NCBI GenBank assembly: GCA_902623185.1
Contig: CACNSW010000002.1
Coordinates: forward strand, 23,654 to 87,653
Direction: 5' to 3'
From: an uncultured SAR116 cluster alpha proteobacterium
GTDB taxonomy: Bacteria > Pseudomonadota > Alphaproteobacteria > Puniceispirillales > Puniceispirillaceae
DNA length: 64,000 nt
Position 1 is the first letter of the stretch. Every line of letters begins with the position of its first letter. A model generated the notes under the pieces. The model was not told where the DNA came from. It saw nothing but the letters and a program-made list of their open reading frames with translations, and ran no database searches. Positions 32,478 through 41,302 of the stretch are shown in pieces. The translations under genes and the position numbers were made by a program.

Positions 32478-34862
32478 CTAGTCGCGTTGAAATAAATAAT
32501 ACGATTCACTTGGTCCAAAACCGAGAGGTATAGGCTCCCCAACTAGAGAATGATAATAATTAGGCCAAGCATGTGGCTCGAAGTAGATTTCGTCAAAATA
32601 CCAATACTTTTGTCGCGTTTCGCCTTTGTTTATCCTGGAAAACCACGACCGAACTTCAGTTTTCTCGACCAAATCCTTTCGCGTGCAAGAAAACCGTCTT
32701 TGGCTCCCTTTAAAACAGTAAATCAGCCGATTTAGGATTTTGATCTCAAGATCTGAAGGTAACTGACTTCCTGATAGCTTCTCTTGTGCAGAACGAAAGA
32801 GCCTCAAAGGTATTTGACCTAAATCTGATCGCGCCTTTTTAACTAATTTTACTTTAGAACCATCTAAGGACATAAAACCACACGCATTGATTTCACGGGG
32901 TTTCAAAGGCATCGGAGGTCTCGCTAAACAAGAAGGTATCACTCCAAATAGATAGATATGTGATCCAACTGCATAGTTTTGAGCCGGGCTGTCTTTTTGC
33001 AACGCGTTGACGGTATGGATTAGCGACTTTTGACGTGAAGCCATACGGTTATTTATATCATTTTTGTGAGACTTTTCAGAGGAAGCACCCAGGGCACCAA
33101 AAAGCGCCAAGGCTTCACTATATTCACCATAAAGAATGGCCTGTTCAATCTGCGGCATTAGAACTGCAAAAAGCATTTTCGGAGGCAATGAGGAAGCAAG
33201 AAGCCGCTGCAGCCCTTCTATTGACATTAAAAATTTAGAATAGGTTGCCAGTTGGTAGTTTACCAAAAGCTGCAAAAGCTCCTCATCATGCCGGTCGGCT
33301 GCAAACGTGACTAATGATTGGATATAAGCGTCCAGAGTATTGGAAAGGTCCGCGCTAGAAAACATATGTCCAAGAGCAAGTATCATAGCAGCTTCATTAT
33401 CTTTACCGAGACCACCCAAAAGACCGAATGCTTCGCTGTAATCGCGAGATATTGTCAAATGCTGGATACGTGCGATCTTTGCTTCAGGGGTCAGTTCTAG
33501 TGCTGGAGTTGAGACTTCCTCCCCCATACGAACTTGTTCACAGACTTCATTACCAATAGGCCCGCTTGAACGCCCAGAACTGCAAAGACCTATGGTTTTC
33601 TCAACACCAGGGCCTGCAATCAGGATTGAAAAATCCCAGATCAGCGGATGATCGGTGGTCTTGATCTCCGATGACGTATCGTTGTCCAAGTATCTTGGAA
33701 AGGCCAACAAAGCTTCTGATTCAAATCTTGATATTGGTTCTTGGTTCAGAAGTTTAGAAAGACCAATATTGATCAAATCAACCTGATGACGAAAATGTCT
33801 TTCTCTTTTTCCATCATAAAAATCTAATCCGCTTGCATATTCTTGAAGTGTAAGTTTGTATTCTGACCTAGGATAGAGTGACAAAAATTCTTCGTATTTC
33901 TGCCGCCACAGAGGCAAATCATAAAACGGATCCTGATCTAACTTGCCTTGGATAAACTCAAATCTTAACTGGAGCGAAGTAAAATAAGCTGCCTCACCTA
34001 TCCAGCCCTGATTGTTCTCCTTTGCAATCTTTTCAAATTCCAGAATTAGATCTCCCGACACTGTCGGATTAAAAAAATATGAACGATCATGGTAGCGCAA
34101 GGCTGCCTCAAGATATTTCAACCAACCGGAAAGGTCAGCAAACCTATTTGTATAGGTGCTTGGGTCAGGTCCTAAAATCTCTGCTATTTGCTCAGCCAGG
34201 GCCGCCTCAGAAATACGGTCATAGTTGCTTTCTGGGTTTATCTTGTTCAGGCAATAACCTGATGGTTCCGACAGCAAAAACCGCGAGGCCGATAACCTTT
34301 GAGTATTTTCAGTGATTCCCTCTTGAGCCAATATGGCTCTTATGTAATCCAGCGCAGCATTGTGTTTTTTCAAACAAAACTCGGTTTCGACCGGCCGCCA
34401 ATCTTGAAGGATTTTGCGGAGGAACGGATTGCTATCAACAATACGTTCGAAATCATGAAAGACATCATTGCGATCTATTTTAATTGACCAAGATTGATCA
34501 GCAGCGTTTCTGCTATCTCCTACATGGATATTCAATAGAGTTTCCCATAGATCACTTTTCTGACGGCCATTGAGATTTGGCCGTGACCCATCCGGATCCC
34601 AAATCCTTAGATGATGATTATTATATGTCGCAAAGCAGGCAGGACCGAAGTTGACAGTATTGCAATTGGCATAATTACCACCACCGGCACCCGCTTCATT
34701 ATACTGGAGGAGTATCGCAACCAGAGCTGTCAAAGATACCAATGTCGAGCGGCCTGCTGATAGACACTTTCTTAAAAAGGTGATCCAGCAAACCTGTGTC
34801 GGGGCAATACAACGAGATATGAACATTATCGTACTTCTCCATCGCCAAAACCAAATTATCAT
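32478..34862 (-). CDS. Large exported hypothetical protein (up to 794 aa) with helical-repeat segments; no family recognised
   Basis: Long uninterrupted ORF. Hydrophobic LVSLTALVAILL followed by AGA suggests a signal peptide. An internal duplicated motif, (D/E)YSEA(F/L).L(L/F)G(G/A)LG, is present. Only ATG 34862 or ATG 34826 (GGAG 10 nt upstream) are plausible starts, and both overlap the upstream gene. Confidence 0.7.
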   Translation of the reverse strand: MIIWFWRWRSTIMFISRCIAPTQVCWITFLRKCLSAGRSTLVSLTALVAILLQYNEAGAGGGNYANCNTVNFGPACFATYNNHHLRIWDPDGSRPNLNGRQKSDLWETLLNIHVGDSRNAADQSWSIKIDRNDVFHDFERIVDSNPFLRKILQDWRPVETEFCLKKHNAALDYIRAILAQEGITENTQRLSASRFLLSEPSGYCLNKINPESNYDRISEAALAEQIAEILGPDPSTYTNRFADLSGWLKYLEAALRYHDRSYFFNPTVSGDLILEFEKIAKENNQGWIGEAAYFTSLQLRFEFIQGKLDQDPFYDLPLWRQKYEEFLSLYPRSEYKLTLQEYASGLDFYDGKRERHFRHQVDLINIGLSKLLNQEPISRFESEALLAFPRYLDNDTSSEIKTTDHPLIWDFSILIAGPGVEKTIGLCSSGRSSGPIGNEVCEQVRMGEEVSTPALELTPEAKIARIQHLTISRDYSEAFGLLGGLGKDNEAAMILALGHMFSSADLSNTLDAYIQSLVTFAADRHDEELLQLLVNYQLATYSKFLMSIEGLQRLLASSLPPKMLFAVLMPQIEQAILYGEYSEALALFGALGASSEKSHKNDINNRMASRQKSLIHTVNALQKDSPAQNYAVGSHIYLFGVIPSCLARPPMPLKPREINACGFMSLDGSKVKLVKKARSDLGQIPLRLFRSAQEKLSGSQLPSDLEIKILNRLIYCFKGSQRRFSCTRKDLVEKTEVRSWFSRINKGETRQKYWYFDEIYFEPHAWPNYYHSLVGEPIPLGFGPSESYYLFQRD

Positions 34863-35517
34863 GCAGGTTTACTTTCCTCGGTCCTTGATAAAGTTGAACG
34901 CTTACTGCTTCTGCAGCACCTATGATCAATTCAAATCCATCTGGATTATCTATCGACCAACTTACAAGACCAGTTACTGAAACAGGCAGTTGAAGTTGCT
35001 CCGAGCGCAATTCATCAATCCAGTCGGCATAAGCGTACAGTCCTTTTGATGGGCTGTCATAATCAATAACCAAAAATTCTACATGAACTCCCACATCGGA
35101 AAAAAAGTTCAGTGCTGTTGTTATTTCCTTTCTAATTAAATTGGTGGGAACTAATGCCTCCAACCTCCACACTAATCCAATAGGTCCTTTACGATTGAAG
35201 GTATCCTGAACATTGAGATGAGCGACATAATTACCACTGTCCTCGAATGTTCCGACAAGAAAGCGTGGACCTGACATTTTGCATTTCGATGGCCGAAGGC
35301 GACAGTATTCAAATTTTGACAAATATTTACGATCAGCCCTTTGGTGAGGCCAAACCCAGTCATGAAAAATTAAGTTAGGTTCATTGGAAGTCGAATATTT
35401 TAATAAGTAAAACAACCCAACACCGGAGGCTGGGATAAAAAAAAGTAGCGTCACAGCCAGAACTAAGTTCTGTTTTATCCATCGGCACCAAAATGCCATT
35501 TGCACCAAAAGCTCCAC
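34699..35517 (-). CDS. Membrane-anchored hypothetical protein (272 aa), possibly DUF3142-like
   Basis: N-terminal TM anchor NLVLAVTLLFFIPASGVGLFYLL. The segment HVEFLVIDYDSPSKGLYAYADWIDELR...VSVTGLVSWS recalls the DUF3142 pattern from memory only. The start is GTG 35517 or ATG 35499. Confidence 0.65.
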   Translation of the reverse strand: MELLVQMAFWCRWIKQNLVLAVTLLFFIPASGVGLFYLLKYSTSNEPNLIFHDWVWPHQRADRKYLSKFEYCRLRPSKCKMSGPRFLVGTFEDSGNYVAHLNVQDTFNRKGPIGLVWRLEALVPTNLIRKEITTALNFFSDVGVHVEFLVIDYDSPSKGLYAYADWIDELRSEQLQLPVSVTGLVSWSIDNPDGFELIIGAAEAVSVQLYQGPRKVNLHDNLVLAMEKYDNVHISLYCPDTGLLDHLFKKVSISRPLDIGIFDSSGCDTPPV

Positions 35518-35629
35518 GATCTTGATTAAATAGCTACCTTACATTGAATCAATTCTGCCGATTAGAACACCCCAATTTCGTCATCGAACAGTCCCGCGCC
35601 TTATCTTGATATCCTTGTGATGCAGTCAC

Positions 35630-35667
35630 ATAAAAAAGTCTCTAAAAGCTAATTCTTTCAGAGACTT
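35630..35667 (-). terminator. Rho-independent terminator downstream of tRNA-Asp
   Basis: On the minus strand, AAGTCTCT-16 nt-AGAGACTT followed by TTTTTTA. Confidence 0.55.
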
Positions 35668-35681
35668 GCTTTTATATTTGA

Positions 35682-35758
35682 TGGCGGGAGTGACGGGACT
35701 CGAACCCGCGGCCTCTGGCGTGACAGGCCAGCGCTCTAACCAACTGAGCTACACCCCC
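35682..35758 (-). tRNA. tRNA-Asp (GTC)
   Basis: 77 nt. Acceptor GGGGGTG/CACTCCC, anticodon loop CTGTCAC, T-loop GGTTCGAGTCC, G73, encoded CCA. Confidence 0.93.
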
Positions 35759-36459
35759 AATCCGTCTCGAAAAAGACCGGGAAACAATCACAGGATTTCT
35801 ACGGTTTACGAAGGGAATCAATTAGAGTAAGGCTGCCTGGCTGTCAAGCAAGCTGGTCTTATAAAACGAATTTTTTAAACGCTATTTTAGAATTATCTTC
35901 GGCTTCCCTAGTTTTCACCCAAATTACCTATCCATCTAAAAAAACTTTGCACACCCCAAACACTTCAAAACTAATGGCATCAGCTTGACCCTTAACGCGT
36001 GTAAGACTCTTAGAATGGTGTCGACTTAGTCATGTGGTCTAAAAGTTAAAAAGATGAAGAAAAATAAATGTTGACCAGTGTAAGTAGTAATAAAACATTT
36101 CCTGAAATTATTGTGCCCTCTGTTCAAGGGTACAAAATTAGTAGAAATTATCTTCAGGCAAATAATTTATTGAAAGAGGTGGCAAGTAGGAAAGGAGAAG
36201 AAACAAACGATTGAACCTAATTTTTCTTCACACTAAAAAATTTTTGCCACGATGGCCATCCGCCACAATAGATTTCTGATGGTAGCAAGATATTTGGCTA
36301 GTCTTTGTCACTGCGGTTCTTTTGTTTGCGTCATCTCTGATAGCCAATCCTTTCATGCTACTCAAAAAATGAACCAAATAACACATCTGATACCACAAAC
36401 GACTACGTTGAAGCAAAAATACCGTGAGAGAAAACCCAGCCCGTCAATAAAACAAGCTA

Positions 36460-36813
36460 TTACCTGAGACCAAGGTAACGTAATACATTAGCGCGTGTAA
36501 AAAAGTTCTTTAAATACGAACTGATTTTATCTAATAGAAACGGGGTTTTAATCATACCGCGTCCGAATTTCATACCCTTACTGTTTATTCCCAAATATTG
36601 CACTGCTCCATCACATTGTAAAAAGTCTTCCTTATTTGCCCATTTTGTGTGAGATAAGTAATAAGTTACAGTCCCATTCGTTCCTCCGCGAATAAGATGG
36701 AAACTAAGATATCCCTGTGTACCTTCTAGTTGCTCATAGTGCTCTGTTATTGATTGCTCAAATTGTTTCTGATCATCATTCGCCACTTCAAAACGGTTCA
36801 TGGTAATATGCAT
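36460..36813 (-). CDS. Antibiotic-biosynthesis-monooxygenase (ABM/Dabb) fold protein
   Basis: MNRFEV...G.LSFHL...YYLSHTKWANKEDF pattern. The ATG at 36813 has GGAGG 9 nt upstream; the track ORF extends to 36921. Confidence 0.6.
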   Translation of the reverse strand: MHITMNRFEVANDDQKQFEQSITEHYEQLEGTQGYLSFHLIRGGTNGTVTYYLSHTKWANKEDFLQCDGAVQYLGINSKGMKFGRGMIKTPFLLDKISSYLKNFFTRANVLRYLGLR

Positions 36814-37404
36814 CACGTTGGTCCTCCAATAGTTGGCCAGTGTAAATTTAGATTGCGACAAATCTCTAAAGATCAAAAAAGCAAACAATCCAAGCGCACG
36901 ATTAAACAGTAGCAAGGCCAATGGACGAACCTAAAACCCATGTCTTCTAAATAATAATAATAATCATTCTCATTCGCAATAGTGAAAGGTAATAATTGAG
37001 AAAAGATTTTCGAAATTGGACGGTGAGAATTTGATTATTGAAATAATTTGATTGAAACAAGAGAACGAATTTACATAACACCGTATAATATACAGTTTCT
37101 TGTATTTCTCGTACGTCTTATTCAGTGGTAAAAAATTAGTTTGGGCCGAAAGTAAAAGTTTTCTTGATGCTTGTATTAATAAGGTGGGTGTGGAAAACGA
37201 TCCTTCGAATAAAGTTTTGTATCCTATACTTTCTAAGTTTTTATTTCTTCAGATACGCGCTACATTGAAACGTTAAATTTTACGAGAAAATTCGAAAATC
37301 TCTTTTCAGTGTTTGTTTTTTGCTTCACCCACCCCAACTTCAAGATTTCCTCACTTAACTTGAGCCAAAAACCCCCAATATACTCTTGATACTGAGTATA
37401 AACG

Positions 37405-39606
37405 TCATTGGAACTTAACTAATTCCCTATCAGCATCACCTTTAAGCTCTGGTGTCTGTGAACCTGATGAGTGTTGCTCCACATTCCGTTTTACATACGC
37501 ATAAAGCTCACTAGCGGTGATGGTATTATCTTGGTTAATGTCAGCCTCACCCTCCATACCTTTCATTAAGAAATAGCTAAACATTCCCTGTTTGACTTCT
37601 TCTAGAGGACCGCTGAATTCAGAGCCAGATGATGCCGTCATCACAGTGAAATTGGCTGGCAACCCGTCATCCATCGCCTTTAAGACCAGTGGTCGGTAAT
37701 TAGCGTCAGCCAATAACACCTCACCTGTTCTGGTTTTTCCGGTATAACATGCGTCTAAAAATACCGTCACATTTCTAGGTCTAGCGGTGGCTATTTCTTC
37801 AAATAATTCCTTTTTCAACAGAGCCGTTCGCTCCAGCAATTCCAACTCTGGTCGACCGTCAAAGGGTATCAAATAAGCTTGGCCGTCTGGCGCGGCCAAG
37901 CCATGGCCAGCAAAAAAGACGTAGATGTCCGATCTGTCTGGCTTAGTAGAACGCCTCAACCACTTCTTAATACTTAAGAGAATTTCGGCAATATCTGCCT
38001 CACTATTAACTAGAGTTTTGATACGCTCCTCTGGCACGCCCAATTTTTCTGATGCGTAATCTTTGAACATTAGCGCATCGCTATCGGCATATTTTGCGGC
38101 AATTGTGTTTTCGTATGAGCCAATACCAATAATTAGAGCTAATGCGTCTTTGTTTTGCATTGCCTCTTTACCTAGCGGATTCAGCCTGTCAAATTTTATT
38201 GTTGCTTTTTCAACAATTGCCGAACGCTCCAAAGTTACGGACATAATTGACGAAAGACCCGCTAGATCAGTCGCCTGAATTATAACGCTTAATCCGGCAT
38301 TCGGGACAAAGGTACTGTATTCAAATGCGCCAGCGGTGTTGACCGGAACAACAGTACCATCCACAGTTACCTCAGCAATACCGGTATTATCTGTGGCTTT
38401 ACCTTTGACAATACCCCGTTTGCCGACTGTATTCGCACTAACAATCTTTATTAGTGGGATCTGAGTATCTAAGGAAATGGCGTGTTGATGTTGTTGTTGT
38501 CGGGCCTTAAGGGCGGCTAGCTGTTGTTCTAATTCTTCAGCTTTGCGCTGGGCAGCAAGTAATTCTGCTGATTTTGACGTTTGCGTTTGGATGGTTGTTG
38601 ATAACGCCATCTCAGTATCTGAATTTATTGGTTTCAGATCCTTGGCATATTGGAATTTGTTATCCTTCCAGAATCCTTCCATCTCCTCTCTGCCATCAGC
38701 AAAAATAAAAGTGCCTTGTCCGTTGTATTTGCCATCTTTAAACTCGCCAATATATTGATTGCCATTGGCAAAGATAAATATACCTTTTCCGTGCTTTTTG
38801 TCGTCTCTGTACTCACCAGTGTATTTGTTGCCATCAACATAGGTTAAAGTACCTTGACCACTGTATTTGCCATCCTTGAACTCACCGACGTATTTCTCGC
38901 CATCAGCAAAGGTGTAGGTACCCTGTCCATGCCTTCTGTTATCCTTGTACTCACCAAGATATGTGTCGCCGTCGGGAAAACGGTACGCGCCTTGTCCGCT
39001 AAATTTGTCATCCTTCCACTCACCAACGTATTTACCACCACTGTCAAAAACATAGCTGCCGAAACAATTAGTCCAAGGGGCCGTTCGACTTGAAGGACAA
39101 TCTGGAAGGCCGGAGGCGTTAGTTGGTGCACCTTTGGTTGAAATTTGTGGGGATTCAACGATGCCTGCAAAAGCTCCAACAGAATTTAAACACTGGTTTC
39201 CCTGTCTTTTAAATCCATTGTTGCAGTACCACTGGTCCTTATACACCCAACTGTTTGCCGGCGCTTCAATACTTACACAATGATTCTCCTGTTTTTTGAA
39301 TCCATTGTTACAGTACCACTGGTCTTTATACACCCAACTATTTGCTGGTGCTCTAATACTTACGCAATAATTCTCTTGTTTTTTAAATCCATTGTTGCAA
39401 TACCACCGGTCTTTATACACCCAACTGTTTGCTGGCGCTTTAATGCTTACACAATGATCATCTTCTTTTTTAAATCCATTGTTGCAGTACCACTGGCCTT
39501 TATACACCCAACTATTTGCTGGCTGGCCTGGGACTGTAGTGCCCCAAACGCTATTTGAAACAGACACCATCAAGGCAACCAATAATACGCATTTAGCCTT
39601 CTTCAT
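37405..39606 (-). CDS. Exported multidomain caspase-fold (peptidase C14) protein: 4 two-Cys repeats, MORN repeats, coiled coil, Ig-like segment, C14 domain, EF-hand-like loop
   Basis: Signal peptide MKKAKCVLLVALMVSVSNSVWG from ATG 39606. Catalytic contexts YVFFAGHG (His codon 37903-37905) and FLDACYTG (Cys codon 37747-37749). C-terminal DINQDNTITASE fits DxNxDxxIxxxE. The track ORF extends to 39744. Confidence 0.85.
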   Translation of the reverse strand: MKKAKCVLLVALMVSVSNSVWGTTVPGQPANSWVYKGQWYCNNGFKKEDDHCVSIKAPANSWVYKDRWYCNNGFKKQENYCVSIRAPANSWVYKDQWYCNNGFKKQENHCVSIEAPANSWVYKDQWYCNNGFKRQGNQCLNSVGAFAGIVESPQISTKGAPTNASGLPDCPSSRTAPWTNCFGSYVFDSGGKYVGEWKDDKFSGQGAYRFPDGDTYLGEYKDNRRHGQGTYTFADGEKYVGEFKDGKYSGQGTLTYVDGNKYTGEYRDDKKHGKGIFIFANGNQYIGEFKDGKYNGQGTFIFADGREEMEGFWKDNKFQYAKDLKPINSDTEMALSTTIQTQTSKSAELLAAQRKAEELEQQLAALKARQQQHQHAISLDTQIPLIKIVSANTVGKRGIVKGKATDNTGIAEVTVDGTVVPVNTAGAFEYSTFVPNAGLSVIIQATDLAGLSSIMSVTLERSAIVEKATIKFDRLNPLGKEAMQNKDALALIIGIGSYENTIAAKYADSDALMFKDYASEKLGVPEERIKTLVNSEADIAEILLSIKKWLRRSTKPDRSDIYVFFAGHGLAAPDGQAYLIPFDGRPELELLERTALLKKELFEEIATARPRNVTVFLDACYTGKTRTGEVLLADANYRPLVLKAMDDGLPANFTVMTASSGSEFSGPLEEVKQGMFSYFLMKGMEGEADINQDNTITASELYAYVKRNVEQHSSGSQTPELKGDADRELVKFQ
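38653..39030 (-). repeat. MORN repeat array (about 5.5 x 23 aa / 69 bp) inside the caspase-fold gene
   Basis: YVGEWKDDKFSGQG / YLGEYKDNRRHGQG / YVGEFKDGKYSGQG / YTGEYRDDKKHGKG / YIGEFKDGKYNGQG, then a partial repeat. Confidence 0.85.
39181..39522 (-). repeat. Tandem 87-bp (29-aa) coding repeat x4: PANSWVYKDQWYCNNGFKKQENHCVSI
   Basis: The string acacccaa recurs at 39243, 39330, 39417 and 39504, an exact 87-bp period. Each unit carries two Cys. Confidence 0.9.
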
Positions 39607-39985
39607 GGCATCATTATAGCAATGTTGGGACAATATTATAAAGACAGGAAAAATTAAGCAAAAAATCAATATCACTAATGGATCAAAACTTATCGTTATT
39701 CGTGCACCACCTATGTTTCGACCCAAGATAGGTAAAATTATCATCGTGTTAATTTTTTCACCAGTTTTTCTTATGGGTAGTGAAGTGAAATTTAAAATAC
39801 AGAAAGCTAATTATATCTGCTACTACATTTTGCTTCCAACTAAACTAGGACACTCAGGGCGGTGAGATGATTGAAAGGTCTTTCTACCCTGTTTGGTGTC
39901 TGCCTACTCCACTTCTAGTCCAAATTCTCCTCGCTACACTCAAGCCAAAAACTTTCACTAGCGTATTTGGCACTGTTTTTAAACA

Positions 39986-41302
39986 TTACTGGAACTGCAC
40001 CAAAACCCTATTAGCATCTCCCTGTAACTCTGGTGTCTGAGAGCCTGATGAGTGCTGGATTACGTGCTTTTCAACATAGATGTGCAACTCACCAGCGGTA
40101 ATCTTATTGTCCTGGTTAGTGTCAGCCTCACCTTCCATGCCCTTCATCAGAAAGTAACTAAACATTCCGTGTTCTGCTTTTTCCAGTGGTTTAGCAGTCT
40201 GGTCTCCAGCTGCCGCTGTCATCAATGTGAAATTGTCAGGGACAGATTGCTTTAGTGCTTTTATGGCAATTGGCCGGCTAGCTATCAGCATATCCTTGCC
40301 TCGGGTTGCACCAGAGTAGCAAGTGTCCAGGAAAACTGCGACGCTGCGGGGGTTGGCGCTGGCAATGTAGTCAAATAATTCCTCACGCAGAATTGCTGTC
40401 TTATCCAGCAACCTTGGCCGACCATCGAAGGGTAGCAGGTACATCTGTTTACTGTCCTGAGATGCCAAGCCGTGCCCGGCAAAAAAAACATAAACATCAC
40501 TCTTACCTGGTTTAGACGACCGCCTAATCCAGTCTTTGACCGCTAGTATAACATCGCCAAGTTCCGCTTTGTCGTTAACCAAAGTCATGATGCTGCTGTC
40601 AGGAATTCCCAGTTTCAGTGATGCGTAGTCGTGGAAATATTGTGCATCCTTGTCTGCGTAAATAGCTGGCGCATTTATTCTCTCGTAGTTGGAGATTCCT
40701 ACAATCAGTGCAAGTGCGTTATCGTTCCTGATACCTGGCTGACCTCTGGTTGGATTAAGCTTATCAAACTGAGGTCCAAAGACTTGTTTCATCTGGTCTC
40801 GTTCAAGCCTAACCACTGCACTCGTAAACAGAGCAGAAGCGTCAAAAACTTCAATCAAAATGTCTCTACCAGCCGCTGGCACAAATCCTGACCACTCGAA
40901 ATACCCATTAATGGTCTCAAAATTGATAGCCACTCCATCTACCGACACCTCGGCCACTTGGATATTATCGGTGGCAAAGCCACGTATAGTCCCCTTGCGA
41001 TGTTTTGTACTGACATGGGTGATTGTGATTACAGGGACCTGAACGTCGTTGTGTGTGATTTGATTATGTTTGTTAGTTTTATTTGCCGACGGTTCAACAA
41101 AAACACTTTCTCCTGAACCGCAAACTAAATTTCGGCGTTGAATTTCTGTGTAATATTCTGAAAACTTCTCAGATGGCGTCACGCTCGTTACGAATTGACA
41201 TAAATCATTATCAGTAACAAACTTAAAGTTTAATGGTACTTCTGCAAGTAACTGCTGAGTTTGGAAGACATAGGATACAAAAATTATGAAAGCAGCAAGC
41301 AT
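39986..41302 (-). CDS. Exported caspase-fold (peptidase C14) protein, shorter paralogue (Ig-like segment, C14 domain, EF-hand-like loop)
   Basis: YVFFAGHG and FLDTCYSG. C-terminal DTNQDNKITAGE loop. Hydrophobic N-terminus MLAAFIIFVSYVFQTQQLLA. Collinear with the C-terminal 360 aa or so of the 37405-39606 product. Confidence 0.82.
   Translation of the reverse strand: MLAAFIIFVSYVFQTQQLLAEVPLNFKFVTDNDLCQFVTSVTPSEKFSEYYTEIQRRNLVCGSGESVFVEPSANKTNKHNQITHNDVQVPVITITHVSTKHRKGTIRGFATDNIQVAEVSVDGVAINFETINGYFEWSGFVPAAGRDILIEVFDASALFTSAVVRLERDQMKQVFGPQFDKLNPTRGQPGIRNDNALALIVGISNYERINAPAIYADKDAQYFHDYASLKLGIPDSSIMTLVNDKAELGDVILAVKDWIRRSSKPGKSDVYVFFAGHGLASQDSKQMYLLPFDGRPRLLDKTAILREELFDYIASANPRSVAVFLDTCYSGATRGKDMLIASRPIAIKALKQSVPDNFTLMTAAAGDQTAKPLEKAEHGMFSYFLMKGMEGEADTNQDNKITAGELHIYVEKHVIQHSSGSQTPELQGDANRVLVQFQ

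Noticed and set aside
36228-36467. 62-aa and 71-aa ORFs on opposite strands in the AT-rich stretch downstream of the ABM gene.
   Set aside because: They are mutually overlapping, have no motifs and no RBS. Likely chance ORFs.
36950-36964. (AAT)5 microsatellite upstream of the ABM-fold gene.
   Set aside because: It is a short repeat in 27%-GC DNA, with no evidence of function.
40481-40488. A8 homopolymer (T8 on the coding strand), 4 nt upstream of the catalytic His codon of the second caspase-fold gene. Considered as a possible phase-variation tract.
   Set aside because: Eight nucleotides is short for slipped-strand switching and is expected by chance in DNA this AT-rich. The paralogue has A6 at the same place, simply encoding Phe-Phe.
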